In this document: piece by piece, positions 8,462-17,526 of the stretch
Position numbering within the stretch: position 1 is the stretch's first letter
Layout of the letters: every line of letters begins with the position of its first letter
Origin: an uncultured bacterium
GTDB lineage: Bacteria; Hydrothermota; Tepidihabitantia; Tepidihabitantales; Tepidihabitantaceae
Assembly: GCA_964575495.1 (NCBI GenBank)
Contig: CAZNRV010000207.1
Span: 1-27,232, forward strand
Length of the DNA: 27,232 nucleotides
Direction of reading: 5' to 3'
Notes under the pieces: model-generated
Seen by the model: only the letters and a program-made list of their open reading frames with translations
What the model was told of the DNA's origin: nothing
Databases searched by the model: none
Position numbers and translations under genes: made by a program

Positions 8462-9064
8462 TTAGATGCTGCTCTGGGCAGTTTGAACAAAATCACGGGC
8501 AATCTTCATCAGTTGTTCGGCAAGGGCAACAGGGTCTCTGCCGGTAAAAAGAAACATCGGTTCCTTTCCCCAGCCTTTTGTTTCATAAACGATTTCAGGT
8601 ACAACTCCGTTAGTTGATGATAAAATTGCTTGCACCTTCCAGGGAGCAGACATCCTATCTTTGCCGATAATCTCGCTTGGTTCTTTTGTTCGGTCAATAA
8701 TACCGATTTTTTTCCCTCTTTGCCGTGCCCATTCGGCAACAAACTGGTGAATCTTCTCGTTATAGCGGAAGTTCAGGGCGGAGCGGATTTGCCGGTCATA
8801 TTTGCGCAGTTCAATGATGAGCCGGGCAAGGTGGTCAGAGGCGCCGAACCGCACCGGACCCGCGGCTTTAGGAAGATTGTTAACCACGGTAATTCTGCCG
8901 TCAACCGCAGCAACATCATTAGGGGTTTTGGCATCAGGTAGGGCGAAGGCAATATTGGTCCTGACCTCAGGGATTAAAGGAACAACCTCAGGGGAGTGCT
9001 CGATTATTTCCACGGCGCGGTTCAGGCGCTCAATAACTGCCTCGTGGTCTTTGGAATAGTTCAT
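8462..9064 (-). CDS. thiN: stand-alone ThiN-type thiamine-phosphate synthase family protein
   Basis: LIPEVRTNIAFALP, DVAAVDGRI, VRFGASDHLAR, IRSALNFRY, GWGKEPM. The Arg of GRI and the His of ASDH are 21 residues apart, as recalled for the catalytic residues of ThiN. Confidence 0.85.
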   Translation of the reverse strand: MNYSKDHEAVIERLNRAVEIIEHSPEVVPLIPEVRTNIAFALPDAKTPNDVAAVDGRITVVNNLPKAAGPVRFGASDHLARLIIELRKYDRQIRSALNFRYNEKIHQFVAEWARQRGKKIGIIDRTKEPSEIIGKDRMSAPWKVQAILSSTNGVVPEIVYETKGWGKEPMFLFTGRDPVALAEQLMKIARDFVQTAQSSI

Positions 9065-9098
9065 AGTTATTAGTTTTCTGAGGTAACGAGGCAGAATG

Positions 9099-9764
9099 TC
9101 AAGGGTGAGTTCCAGCGCTGGGGCGACCCTTTACCGCGGCATCGATCAGCGCCAATATTTCCTTGAACTCCTTCATATTGAGCATCGTTACCCCGAGTCC
9201 GAGTGTAGGAGGGCGCCAGCGCACCTCAGACATAAGGCTCATGATTTCAATTCTTTCAATCCTGCCAAGGCGGCTCATAAATTTTTCCTGGAGCAGGTCG
9301 TAAAGGTTCTGCCAGCCTACCGGCGTTAGTTTGTTGGTGGAACCGACCAAGAGAATGCCTTCACTTTTCAGGCGCAGGGAAAGCGCATCCCGAAAGTAGT
9401 TTGTGAGTGCAATCTTGTTATGCGGTTCGGATATAAACCAGGCGCTCTTGAGTTCAGTGTCAAAAACAAGGTAGATTTCCTGATTGCCGAAGGTGCTGCG
9501 AAAGTTCTGCTGGAGCGGGGTTTTGTTTTTGAAGGCGTTTTCATAGAAGGTTTTGAGCAGCCCGGAGTTTGAGAGGATTTTCTGGGCGGGTTTGTCTGCA
9601 TAGATTTTTTCAAACCCATAGTTGGCCATAACAGTAACAAGCGGGTCACAGGAATTGAACAGGGGGAGACTACTTAGCATCAGCCCGCAACCAAATTTTG
9701 GGCTCAGTTGATTAAAGGAAATCTCCAGGGAACGTAGGTTCTCAAAACGCAAGCGTTCAGGCAT
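9099..9764 (-). CDS. hypothetical protein
   Basis: 221-aa ORF with an AAGGAGG Shine-Dalgarno, co-oriented between neighbouring genes; no confidently recognised motif. Confidence 0.7.
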   Translation of the reverse strand: MPERLRFENLRSLEISFNQLSPKFGCGLMLSSLPLFNSCDPLVTVMANYGFEKIYADKPAQKILSNSGLLKTFYENAFKNKTPLQQNFRSTFGNQEIYLVFDTELKSAWFISEPHNKIALTNYFRDALSLRLKSEGILLVGSTNKLTPVGWQNLYDLLQEKFMSRLGRIERIEIMSLMSEVRWRPPTLGLGVTMLNMKEFKEILALIDAAVKGRPSAGTHP

Positions 9765-9799
9765 AATTAAATCCTCCTTTCTGCCTTATGACATCCATG

Positions 9800-11476
9800 T
9801 CAGCGTATGAGGGTTGGGTTTAACCTGATTGCCTGCTCCAGCGCCTCAACCGCCTTTTCCTTCAACCCCTTGTCACGATAGGCGATGCCCAGGTTGTACC
9901 AGGCACCGGCATGCTTGGGGTTAAGTTCAATCGCCTTTTGATAGGCGTGGATGGCGCTTTCTATGTCGTTGAGTTCATAATAGGCGCGTCCCAGGTTGTA
10001 ATAGGCGGGGACCAGTTTCGGGTCGAGTTCCAGTGCGTCCTGATAGCAGGTAATCGCCTCATTGAGGTGATGCTGTTCGAGGTGGAGGTTGCCAAGGGCA
10101 AGGTAGGCAGCGGTGTAGTCGGGTTTGAGTTCTATTGCCATATGAAGGGCGGCAATGGCTTGGTTGGTTGTGCCCATTTTCTCATATGCCAGTCCCATAT
10201 TGTACCAGGCTTCGGGAAATTTCGGGCTGGTTTCTAATGCCTTGCGATAGGCGCCTATCGCCCGGTGCCAGTCGTTGGCAAGGGCATAGGCATTGCCCAG
10301 AACATGGTGGAGGGTGTCGGAATTGGGGGCGATTTTAAGTCCTTTTTCAAGGACGGCGATCGCCTTTTCGGGCAGGTTGTTGCGCAGATAGCAGAGTGCG
10401 AGTTCGGCGTAGGTCTCGATTGCATCCGGGATAAGTTCAAGGGCATGGCGGTAGTTTTCAATCACCTTGTCCCGGTGGGTTGAGCTGAAGTAGGTGTGGG
10501 CAAGGCTGGCAAAGGACAGGCCCATCAGTTCCGGGATGCTGAGCCTTTTGCCAGTAATCATCGGGGTAAAGGAGAGGGGTTCGTGTTTGATTGGGTTCCA
10601 GTAAACGCTGCGGTAATCCATCACCGTTTCAATGCAGATGGCACCGGATTCATAGATGTAGCAGACTTGAAACCCGAATTTGGATATGATGATGCCATCA
10701 AGAATGGTCAGTCCGAGGGCATTGCCAGCGGTCGGGCGGTCAGAGAGATAGGCATCAATGACTTTGGTCAGAAGAAAGCCGGTGGGTGCGACCCGCTCGG
10801 GTTTCAGTTCCCAGACCCGTTCCCGCACCGCGAGGAGGAGGCGAAACTGGGGTTCAAACCCGGCGCCTCTGCTGCTTAAGCCGGTCAGTTCCAGCGCCTG
10901 TTTTACTGGGGGCGCGGTAATTATCTTTTCGAAGAGGGTGTCGAGTTTTTGCCCGTATTGCTCAAATTCGGTGCGGGCACGCAGTCCGGCGATGATGAAC
11001 ATTATGTAGGCAAGGGCAGATGCCTCACCAATCAGGCTGGTGGCAAGTTCAAGTGCTTTGAGGAGTTTTTGGGTGGAATCGGCGATGTTGCGGGGCATGA
11101 GCGCGGGGCAGGAGTGGATTTCAAGAAGGCGGGTGGTTTCAGAAGCGGGCAGGATGCCGAGCGCGCGCTGGATGAGTTCATCACGGCGATTAACCTCGAG
11201 GTTTAGGTTGTGCAGCTGTTCGTGAACAAGGAGCGCCTCGGCATGGGCACGATTGATCTCCAATGTCCGGGCAAGCGGGTTGTCGGACTGGGTTGAACCA
11301 ATGCCGGAATGGTGGAAAGGCAGAGCCCTTATGCCAGTGAGCCAGGCTTTGAGCCGTTGCGGATGGTAAGGCGGCAGGTCTTGCGGAAACCGCTGCCGGC
11401 TTTGCTCAAGAAGCAGGTCAATACCGGTGATTGCTTCCTGCAAGGTCTCGACGCTATTCTCTTCGTAACTGTTCAT
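9800..11476 (-). CDS. TPR-repeat protein with a central transglutaminase-like/SirB1-like segment
   Basis: About 7 C-terminal TPRs (e.g. AWYNMGLAY...AIELKP, AYYNLGRAY...AIELNP); central LTKVID...TGNALGLTIL...KFG resembling Transglut_core2/SirB1 helices. Confidence 0.85.
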   Translation of the reverse strand: MNSYEENSVETLQEAITGIDLLLEQSRQRFPQDLPPYHPQRLKAWLTGIRALPFHHSGIGSTQSDNPLARTLEINRAHAEALLVHEQLHNLNLEVNRRDELIQRALGILPASETTRLLEIHSCPALMPRNIADSTQKLLKALELATSLIGEASALAYIMFIIAGLRARTEFEQYGQKLDTLFEKIITAPPVKQALELTGLSSRGAGFEPQFRLLLAVRERVWELKPERVAPTGFLLTKVIDAYLSDRPTAGNALGLTILDGIIISKFGFQVCYIYESGAICIETVMDYRSVYWNPIKHEPLSFTPMITGKRLSIPELMGLSFASLAHTYFSSTHRDKVIENYRHALELIPDAIETYAELALCYLRNNLPEKAIAVLEKGLKIAPNSDTLHHVLGNAYALANDWHRAIGAYRKALETSPKFPEAWYNMGLAYEKMGTTNQAIAALHMAIELKPDYTAAYLALGNLHLEQHHLNEAITCYQDALELDPKLVPAYYNLGRAYYELNDIESAIHAYQKAIELNPKHAGAWYNLGIAYRDKGLKEKAVEALEQAIRLNPTLIR

Positions 11477-11598
11477 AAAACAATTTCCACTGTCATTTCA
11501 ACCACAGATCAGTTACAGGATAACAAAAATTTAGCAAAGGTCAAATTAAATTATGAGCGGGTTGCGGTTCTGGGCAAGATTGGCAGGGGTTAACTTGT

Positions 11599-11627
11599 TT
11601 GACAAGGCTAAATATTTTTAATAATTT
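11599..11627 (+). promoter_or_regulatory. sigma70-type promoter, probably leaderless purH transcript
   Basis: TTGACA (11599-11604), 17-nt spacer, TAATTT (11622-11627), 6 nt, then TTG at 11634; no Shine-Dalgarno. Confidence 0.55.
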
Positions 11628-11633
11628 TACCTG

Positions 11634-12803
11634 TTGGATGAGATAAAACTGCGCTACGGCACCAATCCGCATCAGCGGTCTGCCCGTATCTATGTGCCTA
11701 GTGGCAAACTGCCCTTAAAGGTGCTCAACGGTGCACCCAGTTACATCAATATCATTGATGCCTTGAACTCCTATCAACTGGTAAAGGAGTTAAGGGAGCT
11801 CAGCGGTCTGCCCGCGGCGGCAAGTTTCAAGCATACCAGCCCGGCAGGTGCGGCAATCGCAAGGCCGCTTTCAGATGAACTCAGGCGCTCACTTTTTGTG
11901 CCCGAGCAGGAACTTTCTCCGCTTGCCTGCGCATATGCGCGCGCGCGTGGTGCGGATAGGATGGCGACCTTTGGGGATTGGGCTGGTTTTTCTAGTGTGG
12001 TTGATGTGCCGACCGCGCTTTTTCTGTCAAAGGAGATTTCTGACGGCTGCATTGCCCCGGGTTATGAGCCGGAGGCGCTTGAGATTCTGAAACAAAAAAA
12101 GGATGGGAAATACCCGATTCTTGAGATTGACCCCGAGTGGCAGCCGCCAACAATAGAGGCCAGACAACTTTTTGGTATCTTCCTTGAGCAGGAGCGCAAC
12201 AATGTCCGGATTGATGAGAACCTGCTTTCTGATGTGGTAACTGTGAAAAAGGCGATTCCGGAAAATGTCAGGCTGGATTTGCTCAGCGCGTATCTCACCC
12301 TGAAATACACCCAATCAAACTCGGTCTCAGTTGCCTATGACGGTCAGGTTATCGGTGTGGGCGCGGGTCAGCAGTCAAGGATTCACTGCACCCGGATTGC
12401 CTGTGCCAAGGCGGACAAGTGGTTTTTAAGGCTCCATCCCAAGGTTTTAAACATCAAATTCAGGAAGGGGACAAGCAAAGGGGAGAAGGCGACCGCAATT
12501 GATGTCTATCTGGAGGAGAACGCATCTTTTGAGGAAAAACGGAGCTGGGAAAGGCACTTTGCCGAACCGCCTGAGCCCATCACGGCTGAGGAGAAGATGG
12601 AGTGGCTTTCAAGGTTTGACGGCATCTGTCTGGCATCTGACGGGTTCATCCCTTTTCGGGACAATATTGACCGGGCGGCAAGGGGCAATGTCAAATACAT
12701 CATCCAGCCCGGGGGCTCAACCCGGGATGAGGGCATCATCCGTGCGGCTGATGAATACGGAATGGTGATGGTCTTTACCAAAATCAGGCTGTTCTATCAC
12801 TGA
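11634..12803 (+). CDS. purH: AICAR formyltransferase (short PurH lacking the N-terminal IMP cyclohydrolase domain)
   Basis: LRYGTNPHQ, AAASFKHTSPAG, LKYTQSNSV, GVGAGQQSRIHC, LASDGFIPFRDNI, IIQPGGS; 389 aa with no MGS-like domain. Confidence 0.9.
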   Translation: MDEIKLRYGTNPHQRSARIYVPSGKLPLKVLNGAPSYINIIDALNSYQLVKELRELSGLPAAASFKHTSPAGAAIARPLSDELRRSLFVPEQELSPLACAYARARGADRMATFGDWAGFSSVVDVPTALFLSKEISDGCIAPGYEPEALEILKQKKDGKYPILEIDPEWQPPTIEARQLFGIFLEQERNNVRIDENLLSDVVTVKKAIPENVRLDLLSAYLTLKYTQSNSVSVAYDGQVIGVGAGQQSRIHCTRIACAKADKWFLRLHPKVLNIKFRKGTSKGEKATAIDVYLEENASFEEKRSWERHFAEPPEPITAEEKMEWLSRFDGICLASDGFIPFRDNIDRAARGNVKYIIQPGGSTRDEGIIRAADEYGMVMVFTKIRLFYH

Positions 12804-13329
12804 AGGTCTCAATCCGGCAATTGGCTTCAAGTCGATTTTTAGCCTGGTTCTGAGATTAAAACCTTATTAAAAATCAGGGCTCAAGTCTAACCTTTTGCCT
12901 GCCTGCGTTTTTGCGCCTGTTGAGAAATCTTCGCTTCTGCCAAACCCCGGGCTTGAGCCCAAGACCGCCCTTAACAGAATTTCCAGCAGAGACCCAAATT
13001 AAGATTAAAGATTCAAGCCCAAAATCGGTAAAATAACCACTCTTATAACGGGGGTGGTGGAGGGGACGAGCCCTCATTTCCCATCGCCTTAAAAATCAAG
13101 CATTTATAAAATTATACCCTGAAATAACCAACTGCATTTTTAGGGGAATAGCGTTAGGTGCTATCAAAATTAAAGCAAAACAGCATGCCCAAGAAACTTC
13201 AAATTCCTTGACTTTCCCACATTCTTGCCAATTATCCCCTGCCTGATGCGGGAAATAACAGACAAGAATAACAGCAAAGCACAATTTAACCACGAATATG
13301 TCGAGTAGTTACTGTCAGGCGGTCTTTAA

Positions 13330-13616
13330 TGTAATCCTTGCCTAATTACTTCAAAGGCGCGGTGTTGTTTCAATGCCGGAAGGGCGATTGATGGCGCGGG
13401 AAACAAAATTCTGTTGATTGCACGCAAGAAGGGAGTTTCTAATGAATCTGAAAATAGACCTGCAGTCGCTATTAGTCTCTGGCGGAAAATAGGCCTCGTG
13501 CCACTTAATTCACTTGGCGAAATTGGACCTCAGCGCCGAGACATCCACGATGCCTTTACCATCAGTAGAGCTGAAACTGCATATCCTGTTTTCTGGGGCC
13601 ACGACGGTACAAAAAA
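13330..13616 (+). pseudogene. possible gene remnant, perhaps from a DNA methyltransferase/type IIG restriction-modification protein
   Basis: The frame is open from 13330 without a good start and reads ...LGEIGPQRRDIHDAF...AYPVFWGHD before running into repeats. The family resemblance is from memory only. Confidence 0.25.
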
Positions 13617-13622
13617 GGTAGA

Positions 13623-13858
13623 GGTAGAGGTAAAGGCGGTAGTTGCGAGGGCGCTCTGCCCGGGCAGGTGGCGAAAGCCACAAGCCCGTGGCAATCTGAT
13701 GCTTGAGATTGCTTCGCGGAGCCTGCCCCGAGCCTGTGTCCAGAAGGAGATTGCCACCTGCCTTTGGCAGAACGCAATGACACAGGCGTGGGAGCTCCTC
13801 GCAATGACACAGGCGTGGGGGCTCGCAATGACGGAAAGTGGGTAGAGGTAAAGGCGGT
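13623..13858. repeat. REP-like palindromic mosaic bounded by 18-bp direct repeats
   Basis: GGTAGAGGTAAAGGCGGT at 13623-13640 and 13841-13858. Inside are GTGGCAATC (13688) pairing with GATTGCCAC (13749), GAGATTGC twice, and CGCAATGAC three times (13773, 13800, 13824). Confidence 0.8.
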
Positions 13859-13932
13859 TCGTAGTTCTGGGTTCTTGGTTCGTAGTTTGGGAACTGGAAA
13901 CCTGGAACTTGGAACTTACCTACGTAGGCAGG
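13857..13932. repeat. family B GTTC/GAAC heptamer inverted repeat followed by the CCTACGTAGG palindrome
   Basis: GTTCGTA GTTCTGG GTTCTTG GTTCGTA ... GAACTGG AAACCTG GAACTTG GAACTT, then ACCTACGTAGGCAGG. Confidence 0.75.
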
Positions 13933-14003
13933 AGCGCTAAGGCTGTCAGTTTCTTCATAAGGTACTCCTTTTGGGAGTAAGTTTAATTAGCATTGTTGTT
14001 ATG

Positions 14004-15371
14004 TCAATCCCTTGATTTTATTCCCAGCGCCTCAATGATGACATCCTTGCCCGCATTGAGACGCCAGAGTGCGAAGTTGCCTAAAACCCTGATGGTGTAG
14101 CGGAGCGGTTTGCTGCCCGGTTCCTGCACCTTTAAAAGCAGAGGCAGGCAGGCAAAGCGGGCAAGTCCGGCAAAGAGAAACATTACATCGTAGTTGTAGA
14201 AGTCAAGACCAAGGATGGTTAAGTGAAAACGGGAAAGGAGCTGGGCAACCGTACCGGCAAGGATTGCGGCGATGAATGCACCGAGTCCGGTAACAACCGA
14301 GTAAATGGCAAAGTAACTTTCCTTGCGCGCCGGGTTGTCTGCCAAATCCAATAGCAGATTCCAGAGCCCAAGGCTGGCGCCGGTCCAGACAGTGCCGTTG
14401 AGGATTGCATCAATCCAGATGGGCAGGCGGAAATGGGGTGTGGCAAAGAGCCAGAGAAAGGGCATCAGACCGACAAGGGCAAAGTTGAAGACTGTAACCG
14501 GTCTTGAGCCGAACCGGTCAATCACCCTGCCCCAGAAGAGTTGAAAGAGGACGCCGATGACACCACCAATCATTGAGTAGATGGCGATTGCGGCAAAACT
14601 GAAATGCAGATTCTTGATGAGATGGACAAGATAGAATGGTGATGCCAAAGTGCCCGTGAGAAACCAGACCGCAAGGAAGATTGTTAGGCGGCGAAACTGG
14701 GGTTCGTGGAGCGGTCCGAGGAAAATTTCCTTCAAGCTTGGCTCTGGTCTTGGTGTCAGGGGTGGTTCAGGCTGGCGGGTTAAAAGAAGGGTTGAGACCA
14801 AACCGAAACTGACCGCAAGGGTAAAGGCAAGCGCATAGCCGGAAATCTCCTGATTCCCTGCCTTCAGCCAGTCCATTCCCCTGCCGGCAGCATAGGCGAC
14901 AAAGACACCGCTGACATTGAGAATCGCATTGCGCATCCCGAAAAACCTGCCCCTTCTTTCTTCGGGTACCAAATCGCTTATCCAGAATGTCCAGACCGTG
15001 CCGGCGATTGCCATCAGCACGCTTGAAAGCATCACCACGAGCAGGAAGAGTTCAATCTTAAACCTGATGCCGAGGAGGAGAAATGGGACAAACAACAGAT
15101 AGACGGTCCTGCCCAGCCCTGCGGTCCAGAGCACAACCCTTTTGCGCGCACCAACCCGGCGCACCAGATAGCCGGCAAGAAAACTGAATCCGCTGACTAG
15201 GGCTGGGATTGCAGTGAGCAGCGCAATCTGGAAGGAGTTCGCACCAAGAAAGAGCGCGAGACCGGCAAGAAACATCCCGCCCGCCAGGGTGGTATAAAGA
15301 GTGGCAAATGTGCCTTCAATGATGGAGATTTTCAGACCGCGGTTGATTTCGTTCGGGTTAAGCCCGTTCAT
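14004..15371 (-). CDS. MFS transporter
   Basis: About 12 hydrophobic helices; WISDLVPEERRGRFFG and WGRVIDRFGSRPV loop motifs; likely start MNGLNP at 15371, overlapping the lipA 3' end. Confidence 0.85.
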   Translation of the reverse strand: MNGLNPNEINRGLKISIIEGTFATLYTTLAGGMFLAGLALFLGANSFQIALLTAIPALVSGFSFLAGYLVRRVGARKRVVLWTAGLGRTVYLLFVPFLLLGIRFKIELFLLVVMLSSVLMAIAGTVWTFWISDLVPEERRGRFFGMRNAILNVSGVFVAYAAGRGMDWLKAGNQEISGYALAFTLAVSFGLVSTLLLTRQPEPPLTPRPEPSLKEIFLGPLHEPQFRRLTIFLAVWFLTGTLASPFYLVHLIKNLHFSFAAIAIYSMIGGVIGVLFQLFWGRVIDRFGSRPVTVFNFALVGLMPFLWLFATPHFRLPIWIDAILNGTVWTGASLGLWNLLLDLADNPARKESYFAIYSVVTGLGAFIAAILAGTVAQLLSRFHLTILGLDFYNYDVMFLFAGLARFACLPLLLKVQEPGSKPLRYTIRVLGNFALWRLNAGKDVIIEALGIKSRD

Positions 15372-16218
15372 CAGCAAAGATTTTTTCTGCCTGATAGGAA
15401 CTGCGAACCAAGGGTGCGGCAAAGATGTATTTAAAGCCCATCCTGCTGCCTTCCTGTTCAATTTCCTTGAACTCCTCTAATGTCCAGTAACGGGCAACGG
15501 GCAGACATCGCCGACTGGGCTGAAGGTATTGACCGACCGTGACAATATCACAACCAACGCTGCGCAAATCCGCAAATGTGTGCAAGACCTCTAACATTGT
15601 TTCGCCGAGTCCGAGCATCAAGCCGCTCTTGGTCAATAGTGTCGGTGCCATCTTTTTGACCTTTTTCAGCACCGCAAGCGATTGCCGGTAAGATGCCCTT
15701 GGGTCCCGAACCAGGGGTGAAAGCCTTTCAACCGTCTCGAGGTTGTGCGCAAAAACATCTGGTCCGGAATCAACCACGAGCCGCAGGAGATTTTCATTTG
15801 CACCGAAATCAGGGACAAGAACCTCAACTTTGAGTTCAGGGGTTTTTGATTTGAGCATTTTTACTGTTTGCGCAAAGATTCCTGCACCGAGGTCAGAAAG
15901 GTCATCGCGGTCAACCGATGTTAAAACCACATATTTTAAACCCAGTTCTTTGACCGCCTTTGCTACTGATTCCGGCTCGTCAGGGTCAATTTTGCCTTGG
16001 GGGTTGCCGGTTTTAACCGAACAGAACCGGCAGTTTCTTGTGCAGACAGTGCCCAAGAGCATTATCGTGGCTGTGCCTGAGTTCCAGCATTCACTAAGGT
16101 TTGGGCAGCGGGCAGAACTGCAGACCGTATTGAGATGGTGCTGAGAAAGGATGGCGTTGACCCTGTTGAACTCTTCGCCAGCAGGCAACCTGGTCTTGAG
16201 CCAAGCGGGTTTACGCAC
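15358..16218 (-). CDS. lipA: lipoyl synthase
   Basis: RKPAWLK, CX4CX5C (CSSARCPNLSEC), radical SAM CX3CX2C (CTRNCRFC), VLTSVDRDDL, HNLETV, TKSGLMLGLGE, VRSSY. Confidence 0.97.
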   Translation of the reverse strand: MRKPAWLKTRLPAGEEFNRVNAILSQHHLNTVCSSARCPNLSECWNSGTATIMLLGTVCTRNCRFCSVKTGNPQGKIDPDEPESVAKAVKELGLKYVVLTSVDRDDLSDLGAGIFAQTVKMLKSKTPELKVEVLVPDFGANENLLRLVVDSGPDVFAHNLETVERLSPLVRDPRASYRQSLAVLKKVKKMAPTLLTKSGLMLGLGETMLEVLHTFADLRSVGCDIVTVGQYLQPSRRCLPVARYWTLEEFKEIEQEGSRMGFKYIFAAPLVRSSYQAEKIFADERA

Positions 16219-16221
16219 CTT

Positions 16222-17502
16222 TTATGTGGTAATCTTCAAGGCGCGGCGCGGGCAGTTCCAGACACATTCAAAACAGCGGATGCATTCAGCCTGATTCGGG
16301 TCCTCAAAAGGTTCGATGTCGGTTGGGCAGACCTGGCGGCAGACACCGCAGCGGTTGCAGGTTTCAGTGTTGAGTTCCAGGTGCATAAGGCTGATTTTGT
16401 TGAATAAAAGGTAAATTGCGCCAATCGGGCAGATAAGGCGACAGAACGGGCGTTTAATGGTAATCGCAGCCCAGATGACAAAAAGGAGAATTCCGACCTT
16501 GAGATAAAAAAGCCAGCCCACAAGTGCGCGCAAGCCCTGAACCGGGTCCCAGAGAACCAAAGGGATTCCTGCCTCAAGTGTTCCCTGGGGGCAAAGTTTG
16601 CAGAACCACGGTTCAGCAGTAAGATAAGGCAGAGCCACGGCAACAAGTATTAGAAAGGCAAATTTCAACTTAGTTGCGGGCAAGAATACCTTCAGCACCT
16701 TGTCCAGCAATAAGACCAAAAGTGCTGTCATGAGCGTAAACGCCAGTCCAAGTTCGGCGCCGGCGAATGGACCGACCTGAAACGGCTTGCCGAAAAGGCT
16801 CAGCGCAAACCCGAGTGGCGCCGCAATTAATATCACCGGCACACCACCCACAAGACTGAAAAGGGTCATACCTATTATCCCAGTGGCTAACCCCAAGTTA
16901 ATCTCATACTTAAAGGCAATTAGAATTCCAAGCCCGATGCCCACAAGCATTCCACCAAGCCACCATCTTTCCGGTAATCTTAACTTTCCTTTAATAACGC
17001 TGTAAAGTAAAACCAGCATAAAAGGCAGCCAGGCAAAAATGAGCGCTTTCCAGATGGCAACTTGGACAAAAATAGCAAGCAGGACAACCGCAACCAAACC
17101 CACAGCGCCGACAACCACAAACGAAATCCAGCGTTTTGCCCTTGCCCGCGGTTCCAATTTAATTTTGTAGAGCAAATCCTGCCACAACCCGAAAGGGCAA
17201 ATCCAGGCGCAGGCAGTTCTGCCAACAAATGCGCCGATAAGGACAAAAAACCCAATTATTACCCAGGGGACATTCTGCCACCAGGCTGTGCCTTTCAGCC
17301 CAATAATCTGCTGGAGGGAACCGAGCGGGCAGGCAAAAACGGAAAGTGGTCCGCCGTAGCAGTTAAGAACCGGCTCAGGGATGGATTTGAGAAAGCCCGA
17401 ATATATGATTTTATTCTGAATATAGGCGAGGATGTAGCCGTTTAAGATAACGGTAGCGATAATCTGACCGAGCCGATAGGGTGCAATTCTTCTTTTAGGC
17501 AT
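16222..17502 (-). CDS. membrane 4Fe-4S binding protein (NapH/MauN-like polyferredoxin)
   Basis: Multiple TM helices; CX3CP motifs (CAWICP, FCKLCP, CRLICP), LNCYGGP...ACPLG, and two C-terminal CxxCxxCxxxCP motifs (CNRCGVCRQVCP, CIRCFECVWNCP). Confidence 0.9.
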   Translation of the reverse strand: MPKRRIAPYRLGQIIATVILNGYILAYIQNKIIYSGFLKSIPEPVLNCYGGPLSVFACPLGSLQQIIGLKGTAWWQNVPWVIIGFFVLIGAFVGRTACAWICPFGLWQDLLYKIKLEPRARAKRWISFVVVGAVGLVAVVLLAIFVQVAIWKALIFAWLPFMLVLLYSVIKGKLRLPERWWLGGMLVGIGLGILIAFKYEINLGLATGIIGMTLFSLVGGVPVILIAAPLGFALSLFGKPFQVGPFAGAELGLAFTLMTALLVLLLDKVLKVFLPATKLKFAFLILVAVALPYLTAEPWFCKLCPQGTLEAGIPLVLWDPVQGLRALVGWLFYLKVGILLFVIWAAITIKRPFCRLICPIGAIYLLFNKISLMHLELNTETCNRCGVCRQVCPTDIEPFEDPNQAECIRCFECVWNCPRRALKITT

Positions 17503-17509
17503 ATTTTAA

Positions 17510-17526
17510 GGGTCTACACGAGACCC
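17510..17526 (-). promoter_or_regulatory. SECIS-like hairpin for the small selenoprotein
   Basis: After the TGA: 11 nt (CTTTCCTGTAT), stem GGGTCT, loop CGTGT, stem AGACCC; G then U in the apical loop; loop starts 17 nt after the TGA. Confidence 0.75.

Noticed and set aside
12804-13330. CRISPR array or leader, suggested by the AT-rich sequence and ends such as GGATTGAGAC and GAGATTAAAAC
   Set aside because: No repeated 28-37 bp unit with regular spacers, and no cas gene in the window.
13414-13845. 143-aa ORF as a real gene
   Set aside because: Its C-terminal half is the translation of the REP-like repeats (AMTQAW twice); at most the first part is a remnant.
13963-13979. TACTCC-TTTTG-GGAGTA hairpin as the MFS terminator
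   Set aside because: The stem is short and lacks a clear U-tract on the minus strand; possible but not supportable.
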